From an uncultured Bacteroidia bacterium (GTDB lineage Bacteria > Bacteroidota > Bacteroidia > NS11-12g > UBA955): a stretch of DNA of 64,000 nt. The stretch is from contig CALSSY010000018.1 of assembly GCA_943789135.1 (NCBI GenBank), positions 15,908 to 79,907 of the forward strand, in the 5' to 3' direction. Shown here piece after piece: positions 51,426 to 59,577 of the stretch; positions within the stretch are counted from its first letter, which is position 1, and every line of letters begins with the position of its first letter. A program made the position numbers and the translations under genes. The notes beneath the pieces were generated by a model. That model did no database searches. It saw only the letters and a list, made by a program, of their open reading frames with translations, and had not been told where the DNA came from.

Positions 51426-52380
51426 TCAAGAAATTTTAAAAGGTGCTGAAGAGTTCAGCGGGCGTATACAGGCCCTTAAACAGGAACTTTCTAAGGTTAT
51501 TATTGGTCAAGAAGTTGTCGTTGACGCTTTAATTAATGGCCTATTTTCACACGGTCATGTATTGATGATTGGTGTTCCAGGATTGGCGAAAACCTTGTTG
51601 GTGAAAAGTTTGGCTCAGTGCTTAGATTTGGATTTTAATCGGGTTCAGTTTACTCCCGACTTGATGCCTAGCGATATTATTGGTTCAGAAATAATCGATG
51701 AAAACCGCCAATTCAAATTCATACCCGGTCCGGTTTTTACCAATTTGTTGCTTGCCGATGAAATAAACCGTACGCCACCCAAAACGCAGAGCGCCTTATT
51801 GGAGGCAATGCAAGAAAAGCAAGTAACGGCAGCTGGGCAAAATCGTCCTTTAGCGGATCCTTTCTTTGTTTTAGCGACACAAAATCCAATAGAGCAAGAG
51901 GGAACTTATCCGTTGCCAGAAGCCCAGTTGGATCGATTTATGTATCAAGTATGGGTGGATTATCCGTCGTTTGATCAGGAGTTAGAGGTTTTAAAACAAA
52001 CCACCGGTAGCAGTGCGTATACACCCAAAGCCGTTTTAACAGCTTCTGATATACGGATGTATCAAAAGGTGGTGCGCGAGGTTCCCGTTACAGACGCCGT
52101 ATATCAATATGTAGTAAGTTTGGTGCATAAAACAAGACCTGATTCAGATTTGGCTGATGCAGAAACTAAGAAATATGTAGCTTATGGAGCTGGTCCAAGA
52201 GCAGGTCAAAATTTAATTTTGGGTGCTAAGTGCCATGCCTTGATGAACGGCAAATTTTCAGTAGATATTGAAGATGTACGAGCAGTGGCACAATGGGTAC
52301 TTGGTCATCGTGTAGTGCGGAATTTTAAGGCAGAGGCCGAAGGGAAATCAGTAAAGGAATTAATCGCTAACTGGTATTAA
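51418..52380 (+). CDS. MoxR-family AAA+ ATPase
   Basis: 320 aa. Walker A GVPGLAKT, Walker B LLADEINR, and ATQNPIEQEGTYPLPEAQLDRF. Its start overlaps the surA-like stop by 8 nt. Confidence 0.85.
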   Translation: MTDQEILKGAEEFSGRIQALKQELSKVIIGQEVVVDALINGLFSHGHVLMIGVPGLAKTLLVKSLAQCLDLDFNRVQFTPDLMPSDIIGSEIIDENRQFKFIPGPVFTNLLLADEINRTPPKTQSALLEAMQEKQVTAAGQNRPLADPFFVLATQNPIEQEGTYPLPEAQLDRFMYQVWVDYPSFDQELEVLKQTTGSSAYTPKAVLTASDIRMYQKVVREVPVTDAVYQYVVSLVHKTRPDSDLADAETKKYVAYGAGPRAGQNLILGAKCHALMNGKFSVDIEDVRAVAQWVLGHRVVRNFKAEAEGKSVKELIANWY

Positions 52381-52385
52381 AAAAA

Positions 52386-52468
52386 GGCGGTATCGCGCCG
52401 CTACAACCTGCTACCCTTGCTTCCTTCCAGACCTGGGGGAGTTGACAAGGAGCTGGCCGTACCGCCTG
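52386..52468 (-). ncRNA. ffs: Signal recognition particle RNA (small/4.5S type)
   Basis: The minus strand reads GGCGGUACGGCC…CCAGGUCUGGAAGGAAGCAAGG…GGCGCGAUACCGCC-UUUUU. The terminal helix is GGCGGUA/UACCGCC, the conserved domain IV motif is CAGGUCnGGAAGGAAGCA, and a T-run follows. The ends are approximate to a few nt. Confidence 0.75.
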
Positions 52469-52471
52469 CTA

Positions 52472-52479
52472 CAAAGGTA
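52472..52479 (-). promoter_or_regulatory. -7 promoter box (TACCTTTG) for the SRP RNA gene
   Basis: TAnnTTTG match a few nt upstream of the predicted 5' end of the RNA helix. Confidence 0.35.
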
Positions 52480-52523
52480 GTATTAATTAAGGGCTAAATC
52501 AAGCCATAACGGTTATTTACGTT

Positions 52524-52531
52524 TATCTTTG
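52524..52531 (+). promoter_or_regulatory. -7 promoter box (TATCTTTG) upstream of lptB
   Basis: TAnnTTTG match 5 nt before the ATG at 52536, which would imply a very short or absent leader. Confidence 0.3.
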
Positions 52532-52535
52532 TAAC

Positions 52536-53279
52536 ATGCTGTTGAAATCCAATGCCTTGGTAAAGCAGTACGGGGCAAAACGCGTTGTAAATGAGGTTAC
52601 GGTTTCCGTAAATACAGGCGAAATCGTAGGTTTGTTAGGTCCAAATGGAGCTGGTAAAACCACTACCTTTTATATGTTTGTAGGTTTGGTTCAGCCAGAC
52701 CAAGGAGATATCTTCTTGGAAGACGAAACCATTACCCACTTGCCCATGTATAAAAGGGCTAGAAAAGGATTGGGTTATCTTCCACAAGAAGCCTCTGTAT
52801 TCCGAGATTTATCGGTTGAAGACAACATTAAGGCCATCTTGGAAATGACCAAGCTATCCGCAAAAGATCAAAAAGATAAGTTAGAACAATTAATAGAGGA
52901 ATTCAGTTTAGGTAGAGTTAGGAAAAACTTAGGGAAGGTTTTAAGTGGAGGTGAACGCCGCCGTACGGAAATTGCGCGTGCATTGGCTACCGATCCTCAT
53001 TTTATTCTTTTGGATGAGCCCTTTGCAGGTGTAGATCCTATTGCCGTTGAAGATATCCAATCTATAATTTATAAGTTAAAGTCTAAGAACATCGGAATAT
53101 TAATAACCGACCATAATGTTCAAGAAACCTTAAGTATCACCGATCGTGCTTATTTGCTGTTTGAGGGTAAATTATTGAAACAAGGTACCGCCGAAGAATT
53201 GGCCGAGGATGAAATGGTTCGAAAAGTATATCTAGGTCAAAATTTTGAATTGCGTCGTAAAACTTTCAATATTGATTAG
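52536..53279 (+). CDS. lptB: LPS export ABC transporter ATP-binding protein LptB
   Basis: 247 aa soluble ABC ATPase. Motifs [24 protein letters not shown] and [12 protein letters not shown]. Confidence 0.8.
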   Translation: MLLKSNALVKQYGAKRVVNEVTVSVNTGEIVGLLGPNGAGKTTTFYMFVGLVQPDQGDIFLEDETITHLPMYKRARKGLGYLPQEASVFRDLSVEDNIKAILEMTKLSAKDQKDKLEQLIEEFSLGRVRKNLGKVLSGGERRRTEIARALATDPHFILLDEPFAGVDPIAVEDIQSIIYKLKSKNIGILITDHNVQETLSITDRAYLLFEGKLLKQGTAEELAEDEMVRKVYLGQNFELRRKTFNID

Positions 53280-53288
53280 ATCGTAAAT

Positions 53289-54240
53289 ATGCGTTTGGTT
53301 TATTCAGAAGATGTAGATATTTACCAGCATTTGGCTGCCGAGTCTTACTTTCTTCATGAGCATAACGACGATGTATTGATGATTTGGCGGAGCAAAGATT
53401 CTGTAGTTTGTGGTAAACATCAGAACGCTTGCGGTGAAGCAAACTATAAGTTTTGTTTTGAACATGGAATCAAAATTGCTCGACGTCTATCGGGCGGTGG
53501 AACTGTATTTCACGATATGGGTAATGTCAATTTTACGTTTGTAAAGAAATTGACCGAGGGAATGGAGCGGGCTGTAGATTACAAGCGTTATTTGGAACCG
53601 GTAAGACGTGTCCTAGATCAAATGGGCATTGAAACAACGTATAGCCATAGAGATGATTTGCTTCTTCAATGGCATTAAAATAAGTGGTAATGCTCAACAT
53701 ATCTATCAAAAAGGATTAAAAGGCTTGCACCACGGCACCTTGTTATACGATGCCGATTTAAAAGCTTTAGGTGAAGCAATACACAGCAAAGGAGAGTACC
53801 AAGGGAAGTCGGTTCCAAGTAACAGGAGCGATGTGGTGAATATTCGTGAATACCATGAATTAGGAGATACAAGTATTTTTATTGAAAAACTTCTAGAAGG
53901 GTTTGAATCATTTTATAACGAGCGTTTTGAAACGCTTAATCCAACAGAAATTGAGCGGTGTGCATCTATTGCTGAGGAAAAATTCAGTAAAGAATCTTGG
54001 ATACTGGGCTACAGTCCACGATATATACACAAGCGTTTTATACATTGGGAAAAGCAAGATTTACGAGTTGAAATGAATGTGTACCAAGATGTAATTGAAG
54101 AAATATCGTTTAAGGACAATTTGGGTAATTCGCATTTTACCGATAATTGTAAGGAATTGGTTGGGTCGCCACTTAGGTTGGAACATCTTAAGCGTATTTT
54201 CCCACTTGTTTCAACTACGGATTTATTGGAGCTATTTTAA
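53289..54240 (+). pseudogene. lplA: Lipoate--protein ligase, split by one frame break near 53661-53668
   Basis: ORFs 53289..53678 (RRLSGGGTVFHDMGNVNF) and 53629..54240 (KISGNAQH…LHHGTLLYD) join as …HRDDLLLNGIKISGNAQH after removing 1 nt from CTTCTTCAAT. Confidence 0.8.
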
Positions 54241-54242
54241 AT

Positions 54243-54869
54243 ATGGGGAAGATGAACAAAAAAGAGAGGGTCGCATTTGTTGCAGAGACACTTGAGCGCT
54301 TATATCCTGAAACACCGGTACCCTTAGATCATACAGATCCGTATACCTTATTGATTGCGGTTTTATTGAGTGCGCAATGTACGGATGAACGTGTGAATAA
54401 AATTACGCCGCATTTGTTCGAGCGCGCCAACACACCTCAACAGATGGTGTTGTTGTCAATAGATGAAATTCGAGAAATAATCAAGCCTTGTGGTTTGAGT
54501 CCCTTTAAGAGTAAAGCCATACATGGACTCAGTGAAATTCTGATTGAAAAATATGAAGGTGAAGTACCTCAAAGTTTTGAAGCTTTGGAGGCTCTACCTG
54601 GTGTTGGACATAAAACCGCAAGTGTGGTAATGAGTCAGGCTTTTGGAGTTCCTGCCTTTCCCGTAGATACACATATACATAGATTGGCAACACGTTGGAA
54701 ACTAACCAACGGTAAGAATGTAGAACAAACCGAGAAAGACTTAAAAAGATTATTTCCAAAAGAAACATGGAACAAATTGCACTTGCAGATTATCTTTTTC
54801 GGACGGGAATACTGTCCTGCAAGGGGTCACAAAATTGAAGATTGTTTGATCTGCAGAGAAGTTGTGTAA
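54243..54869 (+). CDS. nth: Endonuclease III
   Basis: 208 aa. HhH-GPD fold (LPGVGHKTASVV, VDTHIHR) and a C-terminal Cys cluster region. Confidence 0.8.
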   Translation: MGKMNKKERVAFVAETLERLYPETPVPLDHTDPYTLLIAVLLSAQCTDERVNKITPHLFERANTPQQMVLLSIDEIREIIKPCGLSPFKSKAIHGLSEILIEKYEGEVPQSFEALEALPGVGHKTASVVMSQAFGVPAFPVDTHIHRLATRWKLTNGKNVEQTEKDLKRLFPKETWNKLHLQIIFFGREYCPARGHKIEDCLICREVV

Positions 54870-54885
54870 GCGTAGCGCTTGTAAT

Positions 54886-55746
54886 TTAAAAATCAGGTGT
54901 TATGGTTCTCCTAATAACCTTTTTTTTGCTTTTTTTGAATGCACCCCAACTGAATCCTAAATTGAAAAACGATCGGTTATTGCTAAAGCCATAGCTGAAA
55001 TCAATTTGTGTAGCAGGCGTGAACATATGAGCAAATCCGAAATCAAATCCAAACGCTATCTCATTTTCTGAGTTTTCCTTGCTTCTTATTGAATTTGTAA
55101 ATCCTTCAGCAAAAATAAAAGTATTAGCATTGATATTGCGGATGCCCACTACGGTTGTGAGCCAATGTTGTTCTGGGGCTTGGGATATACGATTCGACAA
55201 AAAACTCACCCCCGTGTTTAGAACAAAGGCACTGGCTTCCGTGCCGAGTGTTGCAGATACTTTATGCGTGCTATAGGTTTTATTATTACTGTATCCAACG
55301 TTTCCATTGGGTATCCCGAGATGTGAGATCCAAGCCACATCTTTTAGAATTTGAATTTTTGTTCCAATTTCCAAATCGCCCATTCCATATTGGGATTGGT
55401 TGTTTTGGGGATCTCTTTGAATAGAGGTTGCCATTCTAAGTTCAATCCTTTTTGCAACTCCTAAACGAAAGGAGGAATAGGGCAATGTTCCCGTATGATG
55501 AATAGTCTTATTTGAGGGATTTTGAATGAAGTTTATATTAAATCCATTTTCATTTTGGAAATTCCCCACAGGTAATACATAAGAATTATCAGATAATGAA
55601 GGCCTGTCCGTATTTATCTTAGGCTTGATTATTTTGAGAGTCTTTTTTTCTAAATTGGGCCTTAATAATGTCGAATCTAAGTTTGCCTTAAGAGTTGATG
55701 AGAAGAAAAATACAGAGATAATAGTCGTAAATAATAGCCGAATCAT
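54886..55746 (-). CDS. Hypothetical outer-membrane beta-barrel protein
   Basis: 286 aa with a signal peptide and alternating beta-strand pattern. The C-terminus is unusual for an OMP (basic KKSKKKVIRRTITPDF). Confidence 0.45.
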   Translation of the reverse strand: MIRLLFTTIISVFFFSSTLKANLDSTLLRPNLEKKTLKIIKPKINTDRPSLSDNSYVLPVGNFQNENGFNINFIQNPSNKTIHHTGTLPYSSFRLGVAKRIELRMATSIQRDPQNNQSQYGMGDLEIGTKIQILKDVAWISHLGIPNGNVGYSNNKTYSTHKVSATLGTEASAFVLNTGVSFLSNRISQAPEQHWLTTVVGIRNINANTFIFAEGFTNSIRSKENSENEIAFGFDFGFAHMFTPATQIDFSYGFSNNRSFFNLGFSWGAFKKSKKKVIRRTITPDF

Positions 55747-55775
55747 GGTGCAATATAAATGAAAAACAAAAAAAA

Positions 55776-55796
55776 CCGACTCGTTTAATGAGTCGG
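55776..55796 (-). terminator. Rho-independent terminator after the DEAD-box helicase gene
   Basis: CCGACTC-GTTTAAT-GAGTCGG flanked by an A8 and a T-run, so it could work in both directions. Confidence 0.6.
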
Positions 55797-55844
55797 TTTT
55801 TTTGAAGTATTATAGAGCATCGCCTTATGGATGCTTGATTAAAA

Positions 55845-56300
55845 TTAACGGCTAACCTTACGGCGTGGTTCGCTACTACGGTTGCCACGGAAATCGCCAG
55901 ACGGGCGAGAATCGCGAGAATCGCCGCCGCTGCGTTTACCACGGAATTCACCGTTGCCCGAAGGGCGTGAGTCGCTGCGTCTGCTTCCTCCAAAATCACC
56001 AGAAGGACGTGCGTCGCCGCTTCTTTGTGGACGGTCAGAAAAACGGTTAGGTCTGTCATTGCTAGGACCTCTGCGATCGGAACCAGGACGTGCATCTCCA
56101 CGAGAATTATCACGGGTTCTTTCGCCACGGAATTCACCACCACCACTTCTGCGTTCACCTTGAGGCGCATCGCTTCTGCGAGAATCGTTTCCACCTCTTC
56201 CACGGTAATCTCCTGATTTATGGGCGCCTTGATTGCGACCATAAGAAGATCTTCCGCGAGAATTACCAGAAGGTCTACGGCTGCTGCTTCCGCTGTGTTT
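55845..56300 (-). repeat. Degenerate coding repeats for the RG-rich helicase tail
   Basis: Reiterated SGD(F/A)RG / RRSD / RPSG units (…RSGDARPSGDFGGSRRSDSRPSGNGEFRGKRSGGDSRDSRPSGDFRGNRS…). The stretch is locally GC-rich and opens long spurious ORFs in several other frames. Confidence 0.6.
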
Positions 56301-57437
56301 TTCGGGAAGTTCTATACGGAAATCGTGTTCCATTTCCAGAAGCACGTCTTTTCCGTATTCTTTTTGAAGCGCGTGAAGGTGTTTTGCTTCATGAGGACTG
56401 CAGAATGAAATTGCCAAACCTTCTTTACCCGCACGGCCGGTACGACCGATACGGTGGGTATGGGTTTCGGGATCTTCAGCCATGTCGAAGTTCAACACAT
56501 AATTTAATGCTGGGATATCCACACCACGTGCTGCAACATCGGTAGCCACTAAAACACGATCGCGACCGGTTTTAAAGTTATCGAGGTTACGTGTACGTTC
56601 GCGTTGAGACTTGTCGCCGTGGATGGCACAAGCGCTGATGTCTGCATCGCGAAGTAGTTTTACTAATTTATCGGCACCGTGTTTGGTTCTGGAGAACACA
56701 ATCATGGCATCGATATCAGGATCTTGTAGCAGATCTACTAATAATTCTTCTTTGTTTTTCTGTCCAACAGCGAATAACCACTGAGAAATTTTTGGTTTTT
56801 GCTCTTCGGTTGGAACGATATCGATACGTTCAGGATCGTTTAATAATTCTTCAGATAAAACACGAATTTCTTTAGAAGCGGTAGCGGAGAATAACATCGT
56901 TTGCTTACTAAGAGACTCCAATTTGGTGCCGATTTCGCGGATATCACTGATGAATCCCATATCGAGCATACGATCGCACTCATCAAGTACGAAATGCTCC
57001 ACATGCTTTAGATTTACATAACCTTGCTCCATAAGATCGAGCAAACGACCTGGAGTTGCAATTACAATTTGAGTTCCACGTTTAAGGTTATCAACCTGAC
57101 GGAACTGAGGTACACCTCCGTAAATCAATGTGATACGCAAAGGCGTTTTTGCTGCGTATTTCTTGAAGTTGTCGGAAATTTGATGTGCCAATTCCCGTGT
57201 AGGTGCCAACACCAATGTATTGATGTTTTTAGAAGGATTCTCCATCATCTTTTGCAAGATGGGAATCGCAAACGCTGCCGTTTTACCAGTACCGGTTGGC
57301 GCGGTTGCAAACAAGTCTTTTCCGCTTAAAATTGCGGGAATCGCCGCCTCTTGAATAGGCGTGGGTGTGCTGTAACCCTGTACTTCGACAGTAGCCAGCA
57401 TTTGGGGGCTTAGTCCCAATTCGTTAAATGTGCTCAT
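55845..57437 (-). CDS. DEAD-box ATP-dependent RNA helicase with an Arg/Gly/Ser/Asp-rich C-terminal tail
   Basis: 530 aa. Q motif, APTGTGKTAAF, DECD, SAT and HRIGRTGRAG. The last roughly 150 aa are low complexity. Confidence 0.9.
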   Translation of the reverse strand: MSTFNELGLSPQMLATVEVQGYSTPTPIQEAAIPAILSGKDLFATAPTGTGKTAAFAIPILQKMMENPSKNINTLVLAPTRELAHQISDNFKKYAAKTPLRITLIYGGVPQFRQVDNLKRGTQIVIATPGRLLDLMEQGYVNLKHVEHFVLDECDRMLDMGFISDIREIGTKLESLSKQTMLFSATASKEIRVLSEELLNDPERIDIVPTEEQKPKISQWLFAVGQKNKEELLVDLLQDPDIDAMIVFSRTKHGADKLVKLLRDADISACAIHGDKSQRERTRNLDNFKTGRDRVLVATDVAARGVDIPALNYVLNFDMAEDPETHTHRIGRTGRAGKEGLAISFCSPHEAKHLHALQKEYGKDVLLEMEHDFRIELPEKHSGSSSRRPSGNSRGRSSYGRNQGAHKSGDYRGRGGNDSRRSDAPQGERRSGGGEFRGERTRDNSRGDARPGSDRRGPSNDRPNRFSDRPQRSGDARPSGDFGGSRRSDSRPSGNGEFRGKRSGGDSRDSRPSGDFRGNRSSEPRRKVSR

Positions 57438-57535
57438 TAATAAGATTAATCGGCAACGCTTTAAAGTAGAAATTCGGGCGTTGGAATCGGGGTGATTCGA
57501 ACAAAAAATGTTCCCACTCGCAAACTATTGCGGCG

Positions 57536-57543
57536 CAAAGATA
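57536..57543 (-). promoter_or_regulatory. -7 promoter box (TATCTTTG) for the DEAD-box helicase
   Basis: TAnnTTTG on the minus strand about 100 nt upstream of the ATG, implying a long 5' leader. Confidence 0.35.
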
Positions 57544-57576
57544 CAACAATTTATCCACAATTTACGCAATCTTGCT

Positions 57577-57584
57577 TAGTTTTG
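57577..57584 (+). promoter_or_regulatory. -7 promoter box (TAGTTTTG) for gtrA-like gene
   Basis: TAnnTTTG 10 nt upstream of the ATG at 57595. Divergent from the helicase promoter. Confidence 0.3.
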
Positions 57585-57594
57585 CCCGATACAC

Positions 57595-58005
57595 ATGTCT
57601 TTAACACCTAGCAAGATCTTTGATTTACTTAGACTCAAGTTGCAGTTTGGCTTTGCTTCTTTGCTTGCTACAGGAATAGATTACACGGTTTTCTTGGTCT
57701 TGGTTAACTTTAATATACAAGCAGTTACGGCCCATTATATTTCTGCTAGCATTGGTATGTTGGTTAATTTTATTGTTCAAAATAAATATGTATTCCTGCG
57801 GGAAAGGGCACTATTGAATGTTTTTGTATTGAGTATGGCCGTTTCAATAATTGGGATTGTATTAGGCGGTTTCCTGATGGGTTGGATCCAAAAATTCACC
57901 TTTTGGAATTCCCATCTTTATTTGGCTAAATTACTTGTTACCGGATCCGTGTTCTTTTATAACTTTTATTTAAAACGGTATGCTTTTGAAAAACGATTTA
58001 TTTAA
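57595..58005 (+). CDS. GtrA-family membrane protein (putative polyprenyl-phosphate-sugar flippase)
   Basis: 136 aa with four TM helices. Size and topology are typical of GtrA. Confidence 0.7.
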   Translation: MSLTPSKIFDLLRLKLQFGFASLLATGIDYTVFLVLVNFNIQAVTAHYISASIGMLVNFIVQNKYVFLRERALLNVFVLSMAVSIIGIVLGGFLMGWIQKFTFWNSHLYLAKLLVTGSVFFYNFYLKRYAFEKRFI

Positions 58006-59512
58006 AATACCGCTTTGGATCCGTTCTTTTCAATGCTCAGTGGGTAAGTTTCGTCTTCCATTTTGGTTGATTTTAATTGCGTTTATTGGGATGCTCTCTT
58101 GGAGCTTATTTACGGATCTCGACAGTGTGGATATGAACGTTTGGGATGAGTCTTTATTTGCTATGCGGGCATATCAGTTGTTTGAAAATGGATCCTTTTT
58201 ACAAAATTTCAATCAATTTTCGGGTCTGTACGATCACCCAAGCACGAAACTGCCTTTTGTAACACTGATTCAAGTTGGAAGCTTTTATATTTTTGGACCG
58301 TCGGTTTGGGCATTGCGATTCCCCATAGGAGTAATTGCCATTTTATCAATATTATGGACTATTCGTATTTTATTTAGACTTGGTATCGAGTCGAAATGGG
58401 GCATGTTAATGGGCTTCATACTATTAGGGTCTCCCGGTTTTTTGGGAGAGCATATGCTGAGGACTGGTGATCATGATGCACCCTTGGCATTTTTTTTACT
58501 TTTAGCGGGTCTTTATTTTTTTGAATATGCTATTAGAAATAGAAAAAGATCAATTTGGGGACTTCTATTCTTTTTTATAGCGGCTTTATTGACTAAAAAT
58601 CTATTAGCAGGTATCGTAGTTCCGTCTTGGTTGTTGTTTGCATTGCTTTACAAACATTTCATACCGTTAATAAAGGACATGCGAATGTATATGGCCGCAT
58701 TATTGGCTATTGGATTATATGTCTTGATAATTTGGGGGTTTGAATTGAATTATCCCGGATTTGTTCAACGTATGTGGAATTATGAGTTACTTGGAAGGTA
58801 TACTCAGATTATAGAAGGTCATACGGGCCCTTGGTACTATTATTGGCAAAGCCTATTTCAAAGTGATTTTAATTACGCCATGATATCTGCGATAATGCTT
58901 TTCCCAATAGTTTGGGAAAAACGCAAAACAGAGACCGGTAAGCTGGCCATATTTTTAGGTTTAATGGGTATTTTCTATTTATTGATAATCTCATTCTCTC
59001 AAACTAAATTGCCTTGGTATCACGCACCTGTATTTCCTGTTTTTTCATTATTCGTGGCAATCTCGCTATGTATTTTGTGGCAACGATTCAATACGGATAG
59101 ATTCTTTAAATCAAGCCGGAAAGTTCGCGTTACAACTTTTTTGATCCCTATATTTTGGGTGGTATTATGGTTTCAAAACTCAAAGGACGTTCATGCAAGA
59201 AATGGAGTTTTTGGAGCTTCCGGGCATCTGGAGTTATTCAATAGAATTAAACAAGATTCATTATTGCTTAAGCACACCTACCTTGTTGAGGATGAGTTTG
59301 GATCGGACACGTATTTTTATACCAAATCATTTGAAGCGTTTGCATTCCCTAATCAATTCTATTTTAGTCGCAATCTGGATACTTTAAATAGTGGTGATGG
59401 CATAATGGTTATTAAACCTTGGCTTTTAGAACGTATTTCCCAGAGGTATGAATTGGATACGATTTGTGAGTTGAATGGTGCTCGTTATGTTAGGGTAAAG
59501 GCCAATCGTTAA
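57980..59512 (+). CDS. GT-C glycosyltransferase (ArnT/PMT, GT39/83-like)
   Basis: 510 aa, polytopic, with a first-loop acidic motif (WDESLFAMRAYQ). It overlaps the gtrA-like gene by 26 nt. Confidence 0.6.
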   Translation: MLLKNDLFKIPLWIRSFQCSVGKFRLPFWLILIAFIGMLSWSLFTDLDSVDMNVWDESLFAMRAYQLFENGSFLQNFNQFSGLYDHPSTKLPFVTLIQVGSFYIFGPSVWALRFPIGVIAILSILWTIRILFRLGIESKWGMLMGFILLGSPGFLGEHMLRTGDHDAPLAFFLLLAGLYFFEYAIRNRKRSIWGLLFFFIAALLTKNLLAGIVVPSWLLFALLYKHFIPLIKDMRMYMAALLAIGLYVLIIWGFELNYPGFVQRMWNYELLGRYTQIIEGHTGPWYYYWQSLFQSDFNYAMISAIMLFPIVWEKRKTETGKLAIFLGLMGIFYLLIISFSQTKLPWYHAPVFPVFSLFVAISLCILWQRFNTDRFFKSSRKVRVTTFLIPIFWVVLWFQNSKDVHARNGVFGASGHLELFNRIKQDSLLLKHTYLVEDEFGSDTYFYTKSFEAFAFPNQFYFSRNLDTLNSGDGIMVIKPWLLERISQRYELDTICELNGARYVRVKANR

Positions 59513-59577
59513 ATAGTTCTTATGAGGAAATAAATTTACTTGGGATTATTGATCTTGGGGCAGTAATTTTGAGGAAC

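Noticed and set aside
54820-54900. The endonuclease III C-terminus shows only three Cys (C-x9-C-x2-C, then REVV-stop), not the canonical C-x6-C-x2-C-x5-C 4Fe-4S ligand set. A TGT codon overlaps the stop in another frame, which suggests another frame break.
   Set aside because: Shifting frame there gives a C-x2-C-x3/4-C spacing that does not match the canonical motif, and it runs about 30 codons into the convergent gene. I cannot tell a lineage-specific variant from a truncation without an alignment, so no break is called.
55688-56545. Five long ORFs on both strands overlapping the 3' part of the DEAD-box helicase gene (55688..56242, 55865..56050, 55882..56163, 56025..56216, 56090..56545), which could be read as overlapping or antisense genes.
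   Set aside because: Their translations are low-complexity mirror images of the RG-rich tail (runs of V/A/T/N or R/S/P/L). The region is GC-rich and repeat-like, which suppresses stops in all frames. The helicase frame is the only one continuous with a conserved domain.
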